Positions 12,876-21,600 of a stretch of 64,000 nt of DNA are shown here, in pieces. The DNA is from Phoronis australis (Eukaryota > Animalia > Phoronida). The stretch covers positions 379,642 through 443,641 of the forward strand of contig NMRA01000350.1 in assembly GCA_002633005.1 (NCBI GenBank), given 5' to 3'. Every line of letters starts with the position of its first letter. The first letter of the stretch is position 1. Below the pieces are notes generated by a model, which ran no database searches, was not told the DNA's origin, and worked only from the letters and a program-made list of their open reading frames with translations. The position numbers and the translations under genes were made by a program.

Positions 12876-15535
12876 TTATCGTCCAAAAAGGAATGGCTTG
12901 GAATGGCGAATGCATTCGCAACTTGTCACGCCCACGTTAAACTTCTCCCCTGTATCTGTTTCAAACGCTTGTTGCTGGATCTCCGCGGTCTGACAGGTGG
13001 AAATGTAGTTTCCTTGTTTATCACAAACAAGCCTAGAAAAGAAAGACAATAAATTTGATGTTGTGATTAAAGGTTCATTGTTTTAATTTGTATATGTAAG
13101 CAACTGGAAAATTTGATAACATTATAAATAAATAAAACTTTACTATCACAGCTAACCGGCGCGAGCACGATTGGCAGGTGTATAACCACATATAACCATA
13201 AGCCAAAGCACATGTCTACAATATATTGCAAATTAGTACAGTATGTGTGTATATGTGTGCATTTGGTAGCAGACCTTCTTTTATACGTGGTTCCATTGAA
13301 AAGTAAGCTGTTTCTGGCCTTAGGTAGTTTGTTCAACAAACTTTCGTAGTGTCTACATAAATGTCATTCTTCAGATGGCATCACGAACACAAATTCGTGA
13401 GTATATATAAAATAAAACACTGTACAAAACATTTCAGCAACTGTTTTATTATGAAATGTTTTGTGCAGTGTTTTATTTTATATATACTCGTATATTTGTG
13501 TTCGTGATGCCACTTACACTCGGCGATCTACAATTTCAACTGCCATCTGAAGAAAGACATTTATGTAGATAATACGAAAGTTTGTTGATCAAACTATCTA
13601 AGGCCAAGAACAGCTTACTTTTCAATGAAACACACACACACACACACACTCACTAACACACACACACACATATATATTTAAATATATTGGATAAATATAT
13701 CCGATAAGATATGGCAGTAGTATTTCTATGTATGGGGTAACATATGTTTATTTAACACTGCCTGACCAAGAAGAGGAGCAGACAGCAGGTTTGATCACGG
13801 GACAAAACTTTCTTTTAAAGTCTGCATTTTAACCAAATGCGCACAATAATGCTTAAGTTACACATTTCCCGAGAAGTAGAATCTCTGAAGACTTATTTTT
13901 GTATCATTAACTATGTACAAGTATATGTTTGTAATGAAATGATGTGACCATACCTCTTATGTTAAGTAAAACGAAGAAAACAATGCAAAACAGACATGTT
14001 GAAAGCGAAATCTCAAAAAGACTAATACAAACTTTCTAAATTATCATTTCTCTTTCGTTTTATGCAACTGTTTTAATGACGTCCAGGTTTTGATATCATT
14101 TCATGCGAAAATTGATTTTTTAAACGAATCCTTAGCAGCCTAATATAGTTGATAAAGCCTCAATTCTGATAGTTTCATTTGAATCTTATAAATCACCTCC
14201 GAGGTATGACGTTCCGAAGTAATACAAACATGGACATTTTGCTCAGGGTCCGTTTATAGAATTTGAATAACACATGCATTTTAATTGACCCACAGAAAAC
14301 AAACGCGCGATTTTTAAAATAACTTACGACTTTTTTTGTGTACAACTCTCTTGTATTCATAGGGCTTACACGAGATAGGCCTGCAGAACTATTCGTTGCT
14401 AATATGATGTTTTGTGCACATTTCAGTGAACACCGATCTGGGCAGGCGTAAAAGGTAACCTGGCGTGCGTTCAGTAGACGCTAGGACCTAGTACGCTAGG
14501 ACCTAGCTAAAACCTAGTCAAAGTCACGTGTTCTCATTTAAAATGCACGGCAATATCTCACGTAATCTCGCAAAGTCTTGCTTTTTAGCGAGGTCTTAGC
14601 GTTACTGAACAGGAGGCCGGTTCCCAGGCCTCACACTCTGACGTCACGGGGTCTGTGCAGGAGACTTAGCGTAAGAGGAAACGGGATAGCCAATGATTAT
14701 CCTTTGCTAATTTAGTTCAACGTACCCTATTCTAGGACACCTGCGTATTTTTACTGGCTCAGGGAGCCTCAAATAACTTGATCCAACTTTCTTGAATGTG
14801 ATCGTTGCAACAACTTCCGATTCGCACTTAGCGGGAAAAGTACGAGTACGGATGTTCAGATCGCCTTCGTCATCAAATTCATCCAAAAATGAGCGATCAT
14901 CCACATCGGCGTTGTCGAATTCGATGTTATCGACATCCTCATTTCTTTGCAAGTCATCCGTATATCTAAGATGCCCTGTGCTGATGACTGAGAAAACCCA
15001 AAGCAGAATCTGAAAGCATGGTTTGAGTTATGAAGAAATTCAACTTCATTATATGGAAATTGCCAATCTTGTAAGGAGTTATTTTTGAAAGATTTTTGGG
15101 ATTTCGTCCAAAAATATTTATTCATCTACTGAAAACTCATTCTGCTGCTTTAGCCTAAGTTTTCAAGGTTCCGACAAAAATCAGCAAGTATATGTATTCT
15201 GCAAAAATAATTCCCATGCATATTTTCGTTTGAAACTCTAAAAATCCCATTGTTCTATTATCTACATGCATACCTGTCTGGGCTTATTTTGAACTATCCC
15301 TTAAGTAGAGATCTGCCCTGTCAAACTGTAAAACTTCATTTTCGTTGCGGATTGTTAACCCTTCAACTTTGAAAGCGAAGTTCTTGCCCCAAAATGCCTT
15401 GAAACGAAGTACGAGACACGTACACCTGTGCCATGGGTAAACATAATGTTCAAGTTTCCATAGCAATGCTCACAATAGTGGAATTAGTGAAGTCCAAATG
15501 CAAAGTTATGAACCCCAACTCACCAGACTCTTCAT
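12876..15535 (-). CDS. Secreted cystine-knot protein B (neurotrophin/Spaetzle-like fold), 150 aa; coding exons 15524-15535, 14726-15009, 12876-13032
   Basis: Spliced product MKSL|ILLWVFSVISTGHLRYTDDLQRNEDVDNIEFDNADVDDRSFLDEFDDEGDLNIRTRTFPAKCESEVVATITFKKVGSSYLRLPEPVKIRRCPRIG|LVCDKQGNYISTCQTAEIQQQAFETDTGEKFNVGVTSCECIRHSKPFLFGR*. Canonical splice sites; 12+284+157 nt = 151 codons in frame; TATAAA near 15600; AATAAA on the minus strand near 12615-12630. Confidence 0.88.
13294..13627. repeat. Large imperfect palindrome in intron 2 of gene B; each arm carries a hammerhead-like core (possible Penelope-like element remnant)
   Basis: Arms of about 140-180 bp are reverse complements (CATTGAAAAGTAAGCTG...CAGCTTACTTTTCAATG). 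CTGAAGA...CGAAAGTTTG-loop-CAAACTA lies at 13547-13596 (+) and about 13325-13374 (-). Confidence 0.7.
13630..13670. repeat. Interrupted (CA)n microsatellite
   Basis: Direct reading of the CA run. Confidence 0.9.
14462..14618. mobile_element. MITE, copy 1; copy 2 at 59329-59481 in opposite orientation
   Basis: Ends GCGTGCGTTCAGTAGACGCTAG / CTTAGCGTTACTGAACAGGAGGC. The internal CACGGCAATATCTCACGTAATCTCGC matches the reverse complement of 59376-59401. Confidence 0.75.
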
Positions 15536-15767
15536 GTTCAGAGTACTTGTTGGCTTAAGTCCAAACAGACCAGTAGACGTGTCACGCACGGCAACAATTT
15601 ATAAATTCCTTGTCAATGGCCCCTGTAGGTTTTGCATGCGCGGTTAAGAGAATCTATGGCGTAACGCTATTTCTTAGGCAATGATCTCCCCTGTAGCTTC
15701 GCCTGCGGACGGTTTCCACTCATGCGCGTGGTTACGCCTTCTCCTGGGACTGTAATCTTTCCTTACC

Positions 15768-16100
15768 TAAAAGTAACAATTGTGATAGCATACCCCTAGG
15801 TAGTCATAGACTGGCATATTCAGTACGTTACTCAATAACACTCAATGATCACCGAACGCTGATGATACCTCCTTAATAAAAAGTTACAGCAGGGATGGCA
15901 TACTCCCTAGTGAGGCAGACAGGCATATTCAATGCAATTACACAATAACATTCACGAATCGATGGACTCCGATGATATTTTCTTATTTAAAAGTACATTT
16001 AACATTATAGTGATAGCATTTTCCTATTGCCGAATAGACTGTCGTGTTCAGTACGGTTACTTCAATAACATTCGTTAATCGACGAAGTCTGTGCAGCACT
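15768..16100. repeat. Three degenerate tandem copies of an about 110-bp unit upstream of gene B
   Basis: TAAAAG..AC...GAT(A/G)GCAT...CCTA...AGAC.G...TTCA.T.C..TTAC.CAATAACA recurs from about 15768, 15878 and 15987. Confidence 0.7.
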
Positions 16101-17316
16101 TTTACATGGCCTGGCGCATCTGGCCATAACCCCCTGCTCCATCGAGTATGCTTTCTGTAAATTATACCTTTTTCAGGCGTCTTGAGACAGAGTGCAAACA
16201 AGGGCTTTATTGAAACAAGCCCCTGGTGACGTCAAATTCAGCAACCGGAACTGTGATATTTGCTCCAAGTTCAAACGCTCAACCGTTCAATGTACTAGGC
16301 TCTCAGTGTGGTCAGGGTGATATATTCATTACATTTTAGGGACTTGATTTACATGTGTAACAGTTCAAGATGAGCGTGCATGATGCCAAACTCGTAAGTT
16401 ATGCTATCATAAAAATCGTCCTTAACACCTTTTCAACATTTTTTTAACTTTTACATACTGCAAACCAAATATCCTGGGACAATAAAAATATCATTTGTTC
16501 CCTGAAAAACGTATCCCGGTAAAAATATTTCACAATAATTTGTTGAACATTTTAGATACCTTGTCGATTACATTCTGTATGCCCAATAAATTTATGACCG
16601 GCTATAGCTTGGCCCACCCGACAAAGCCATCGAATATCAATAACGCAAGTTTCAGTCTGACTAAATCATGACTCGAGCCTTCACACCACGTTTATTGACA
16701 AACAATGAATGATCAATTACTCCCTGTGAACAACACTTGCTTAGAGTTAAACATGCGTCAGTTTGAGAAAGTGTTAATTTCTAATCTTTACCGGAGGATA
16801 ATTAAACAAGTTTGAGGAGAACCATGGCCCATCCGTAACCACAACAATAACAAAAAGAGACCATAAATTCTGAGAGGGTAAGTCATTTTGAGGCATGTAT
16901 ACTGTTCAAAAGAAATTCGAGTAAGTCCGCCACCCAATGTGTTGTTGACAACGCGATTCGATGTATCGGACTTATGATGTCCATAATGGTCACTGTCTGG
17001 CTCGTACGAATGGACAGAATAATCTAATCTTACAATAAGGTGAAATCCGTAACGTGTACGAATTAACGCTTTTTCACAAAGATGCTCATACCTTTGATGC
17101 AAGGTCGAAAAAATATAACTATCCATTGAAAATCATTATCCGTCCATGCATTTGTATTATCTCTTAAAATCAAACTAACGTTACTCATTCTCCTGCAAAA
17201 AGCTGCGTGAGCATAAACAGATTGTCAAGCTTGTACTGTTCTTCTGAGCAGGCAAAAACGATGAGGGTTAGTACTTTGATATGACGAAGTGTTTTTGATT
17301 TACAGATACGGCAACA

Positions 17317-20300
17317 ATGGAAAAGCTGAAGGCTCAGTTTAACCCTCGTTATACAGACGATCGTTACCGCTATACCCTAACACACCTAAAGGGGAAGGTG
17401 TCACGTGAGTTGGAGAAAATTTCTGTTGACCACAAGACGGTTGTCAAACGGAAACAAAGCGTTATATTACAACTAGAAACGGAAAATGAATGCAAAGCCA
17501 ACGACATTCTGTCGCTAAATAAAGAGATTATATTTCTGAAGGACAATGTCAGGTTCTGTCAAGAGAGCATTAGGCAACGGAAGGCGGAGAGGGAAGATTG
17601 GAGAAAAAAGTGCGAAAGTGTGACGACAGATTTCACACAGGTTGTAAATCATCTGAAGCGTCTAGGGATTCTTTCGCCAAAATCGTTACAGGAGCTAACA
17701 ACCGATGGGAAAAAGCTCAAAGTGTCTCACACTGAAATGCGACTGAAGAGTTATACTGAAGAAAAATCAGCTACTGAAAATTTTTTAGCTAAACACAAGA
17801 AAGATTGTGACGGAAATACTCATGCAGAAGTTAAAGACAGCATACGTAACTACGAAATGAATTTGGAATTAATAAACGAGCAAATTTCTGTTGTTCGTGA
17901 AATATTGAGCTCAAACGTAAGCGAACTTCATGATGATAAAGAGAAGAAAAGCTTCGATTCGGAGTTTATTCGTCAAAGGTTTGGTCACAGAATTGACAGA
18001 GAATTTGAGTCTTTGCGTGAGAAGACTCTAAATATGAACAAAGTTTTAGACATTACTGCTCAAAATAATGCCAGTGAAGCGAGTGACGTTGAAAAGAACA
18101 AAATCGATTACCAGAAACTAGTTGTTTTAGAAAAGCGAAAATTGGAATTGGAACAAGAAAGGGACAAATTGAGAAGGGACCTGGATGATGATAAACGAAC
18201 TCGTCATTCGAACAACGTTTCAGTTATGGAAACCGAAAACAAGTCTCTGAGAAACGATCTGGATGAAGTTAGAAAAGCACTGGAGAAGACCCAACGCGAG
18301 TCTAAGCTGTTGACGGAAAAGGTGGCAAATCTGGAAACCGAAATTCGGCGACTTGAAGTTTGTAACAAAGACCTAGAGAATGATAAATCTGAGTTTGAAA
18401 AAACGAAAAAAGAGTTAGAAACACTCTTGAAGAAAGAGCGAGAAACAACGAAACTTGTGATTCGTGAAACGGAGTCAATAAACCCTGACGAGGGCATCGA
18501 GCAACAAAATGTTCGGTTAACAAAAACTAAAGCCCTGTTAAAGGTGAACTTTAAAATGTCGGAGAAAGGAGTTCAAGAAGAACAAGATGATGATAGCTTA
18601 CAAAAACAGAAAGAAATAGAATCCGAACTAACACGGTGGCAAGAAAGATCAAGTACACTTGAAAATGAAGTTCACGAACTAAAATCAAAGATGGTAGAAA
18701 TACGTACGGAGCTCCAAATTGAAACCGATCGATTGGAGTCAGCACTGCGTGATAAGGACTCGGAACTTGAAAACCTGATTAAAGACCGCCAGTTACAAAT
18801 CGATCAGGCAGTACAGTTAGAAAAGAAACTATTGGACGTGGAACAGAATTTGAGAACATCGGAGACCACTGTCAGTACGTTGACAAATAAAACGGAAAAA
18901 CTTAGGTCGTCAAGCGAAGAATCTCGGATTGAAATGGAGAGACTGGAAGTATCACTAGAAGAAAGAAATTCAGAAGTTGAACGACTGAAAAATGAACTTG
19001 AATCAGAATTTGGAACGAAAAAAGAGTTAGAAGGGAAAATGCAAATGATAGAGGAGAACTTGAGATTATCTGCGACCACAATCGAGACGATGAATAATCA
19101 AATACAGGAACTGAAGTTCTTTGAATCAAAGTCAACTGAGCTAGCGGGGGAAAATGATCAGCTGCTACGAGAACGCGATCAACTGCATAACGTAGTGAAG
19201 CAAAAGGATGACATGATTTTCAGTTTAAACAAAACAAGCGAAGCATTGTCTCTAGATAATCAGACATTAAAGGGTGAGATGTTAAGAGCAAAGGAATTAG
19301 AAAAGAAAATAGCTGAATTGACACTTGTTATTGAGAAACACGAAAATCAAATCACTGCCATTACTGATTCAAAGCACGCCCTGGAAGACGAGTTGGTTTT
19401 GTTCAAGAATAAGGCAATCTCGCACAGTCAAACTGTGGATGAGTTAAATTCTTGCATTGACATATTAAAGAAAGAAAAAGACGATTTAGCAAAAGCAAAT
19501 GAGGCACTGAACGCGGCTAGCAACATCAATAGCACCGACACGCATGAACTGAAAGCCGAAATTATTGAATGGCAGCTGCGAGCAACAGCTCTTGAAGAAG
19601 ATGTACTTGATCAAAAGTCAAATGTGGCTGAAGTACTCAAACAATCCAAGATTGAAGCTGATCGATTGATTTCTTTAATTAAAAACAAAGAATGTGAAGT
19701 CGAAAAATTGCACAATAAACTGAAGATAGAAATAGATAAGGAAAGAGAGTTGGAATTAAAAGTGGAAAATCTGAAAAAGGATTTGGAGACATCAGCGACC
19801 ACTATCGACACAATGAAAAATCAAATGAAAAAACTCAAGTCGTCCGAATCGAAAGCAATCAAGCTTTCTGAAGAAAACAAGCAGCTTCTTGCAAAACGAG
19901 ACGAACTGAATGATCTTGTAAAACAAAAGGACGAATCGATTTTCAACATGACCAAAAAGAACAAGACATTATTCATCGACAACCAAAAGCTGAAGGAGCA
20001 AAGCACAAAAGCGGCTAAGTTAGATAAAGATATCGGTGATATGACTCTTGCCATTGAGAAATCCAAAATTGACATTTCTACAGTTACGAAGTCCAAGGTG
20101 GCATTAGAGAAAGAGGTGTCTTCGTGGAAGAGCAAAGCAAAATCGCACCGCCAAGATATCGACAAGCTGAAAGCTGATATTGAATTATTACAAAGAGAAA
20201 AAGTCGATTTGGCAAACACAATTGAGCTGTTGAAAAATTCGGCAGGTGACCTGAATAAGAGCGATGAGGTTGACACAAAGTTACATGCACATGCCGAAGA

Positions 20301-21600
20301 AATTAAAAAACTTAAGGAGAAAATAAAAGAGCAGAAAGATAAAATCTCACAATTACTTGAGAGCAAGAAAACACTTGAAGTACAGTTACAATCTGCTGTA
20401 ACTGATGCTTCTGCAAAAGGACAGGAAATAAAAAATCTTCGCGGGGTTAATTTGAAACAGAAGGATGAGATCAACAGGCTATCTAAACATGTCACCAAAC
20501 TAAAAAATGACTTGAAAGTTGCCAACGATTCCAAAGTTCCCACTGTTAGTGCTGAGGAACTTGCGGCTATGAAAGATGAAATCAACAAACTTACAAGAAC
20601 TGTTGATGAATTACGGAAGCAGAAGGATGTGTTGGAGGGAAACCTAAAACAGTTCAAAGACAAAATGGAAAACAGCGGTTCAGTAATACAGCCTAGTGTA
20701 AATTCTGCCGTTGCTGAATCACAAAGTCACGAAAATTTGGAAGAGGTTGAGAAGAAAACGAAAGAGTTGAGGGAACAGAATCTGAAACTCAAGTTGTTGT
20801 ACAAAACTGTTAAAACAAAGTGTGACGCACAGACAAAGGAGATTTCAGAGCATAGAACGAAAGATAAAACGTCGGATGCCAAGTTGAATGAACTAACGGG
20901 TGAACTAGCGAAACTAAAGGATACAAAAATCTCAATTCAAAAGGGAAAAGATGAATTAGAGAAGACAGTAGATCAATTGAAAAGTGAAATCAGTGAATTA
21001 AGAAAGGAGCATTCGCAACAAAGACAAACTATTGAAAAACTAGAGGGTGCCTTAAGTCAAGACAAATTGTTAAGTGACAATAAGCAGCTGATGAATGAAA
21101 ATGCCAGAATCAAAAAGGAAATGAGGAATTTGGGAACAGGAAACGAATTAAAAGAAAAATATAGCAGTTTAGTTGAGGAAAGTCAGAAACGGCAAAGGGA
21201 GGTTGATGACTTAAAGCGACAGCTCGCAGAAAATGAGGCTCGATGTGAGGACATGGCTACTAAGGTCGAAAAGGCCAAGGACATGTACCAGAAACACAAG
21301 GAAACCATCAGAAAACAGGAAACTCAGTTAGCAATTCTGACTCAAGAAAAACAGGCACTGGAAAAGAAAATTAGTATTTTCAAAGACAAAAACAGTTTTG
21401 TTCAACAAATGCATGATCTGGAAGAACAGAAAAAGAAACTGACACAAGAAGTCGCCAAATGTAAGGCGGTCATTAATGTTTTGAAAGTTAAAAACTTGTC
21501 AAAACCCAGAGCAGACGACAGCGCAGTAGATCTGGGCACTAAGGAAGCTGCGAGTGCTGCTGCATTGTTGGCTAAAAGAAAAAAATCAACGGCTTCTTAA
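17317..21600 (+). CDS. Giant coiled-coil protein 1 (1427 aa, single coding exon), uncharacterised NPRY/DRYRYTLTHL family
   Basis: 4.3-kb uninterrupted ORF, E/K/L/Q-rich heptads; splice acceptor TTTACAG 11 nt before the ATG; N- and C-terminal blocks shared with the ORFs at 28869-32849 and 40795-44082. Confidence 0.93.
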   Translation: MEKLKAQFNPRYTDDRYRYTLTHLKGKVSRELEKISVDHKTVVKRKQSVILQLETENECKANDILSLNKEIIFLKDNVRFCQESIRQRKAEREDWRKKCESVTTDFTQVVNHLKRLGILSPKSLQELTTDGKKLKVSHTEMRLKSYTEEKSATENFLAKHKKDCDGNTHAEVKDSIRNYEMNLELINEQISVVREILSSNVSELHDDKEKKSFDSEFIRQRFGHRIDREFESLREKTLNMNKVLDITAQNNASEASDVEKNKIDYQKLVVLEKRKLELEQERDKLRRDLDDDKRTRHSNNVSVMETENKSLRNDLDEVRKALEKTQRESKLLTEKVANLETEIRRLEVCNKDLENDKSEFEKTKKELETLLKKERETTKLVIRETESINPDEGIEQQNVRLTKTKALLKVNFKMSEKGVQEEQDDDSLQKQKEIESELTRWQERSSTLENEVHELKSKMVEIRTELQIETDRLESALRDKDSELENLIKDRQLQIDQAVQLEKKLLDVEQNLRTSETTVSTLTNKTEKLRSSSEESRIEMERLEVSLEERNSEVERLKNELESEFGTKKELEGKMQMIEENLRLSATTIETMNNQIQELKFFESKSTELAGENDQLLRERDQLHNVVKQKDDMIFSLNKTSEALSLDNQTLKGEMLRAKELEKKIAELTLVIEKHENQITAITDSKHALEDELVLFKNKAISHSQTVDELNSCIDILKKEKDDLAKANEALNAASNINSTDTHELKAEIIEWQLRATALEEDVLDQKSNVAEVLKQSKIEADRLISLIKNKECEVEKLHNKLKIEIDKERELELKVENLKKDLETSATTIDTMKNQMKKLKSSESKAIKLSEENKQLLAKRDELNDLVKQKDESIFNMTKKNKTLFIDNQKLKEQSTKAAKLDKDIGDMTLAIEKSKIDISTVTKSKVALEKEVSSWKSKAKSHRQDIDKLKADIELLQREKVDLANTIELLKNSAGDLNKSDEVDTKLHAHAEEIKKLKEKIKEQKDKISQLLESKKTLEVQLQSAVTDASAKGQEIKNLRGVNLKQKDEINRLSKHVTKLKNDLKVANDSKVPTVSAEELAAMKDEINKLTRTVDELRKQKDVLEGNLKQFKDKMENSGSVIQPSVNSAVAESQSHENLEEVEKKTKELREQNLKLKLLYKTVKTKCDAQTKEISEHRTKDKTSDAKLNELTGELAKLKDTKISIQKGKDELEKTVDQLKSEISELRKEHSQQRQTIEKLEGALSQDKLLSDNKQLMNENARIKKEMRNLGTGNELKEKYSSLVEESQKRQREVDDLKRQLAENEARCEDMATKVEKAKDMYQKHKETIRKQETQLAILTQEKQALEKKISIFKDKNSFVQQMHDLEEQKKKLTQEVAKCKAVINVLKVKNLSKPRADDSAVDLGTKEAASAAALLAKRKKSTAS

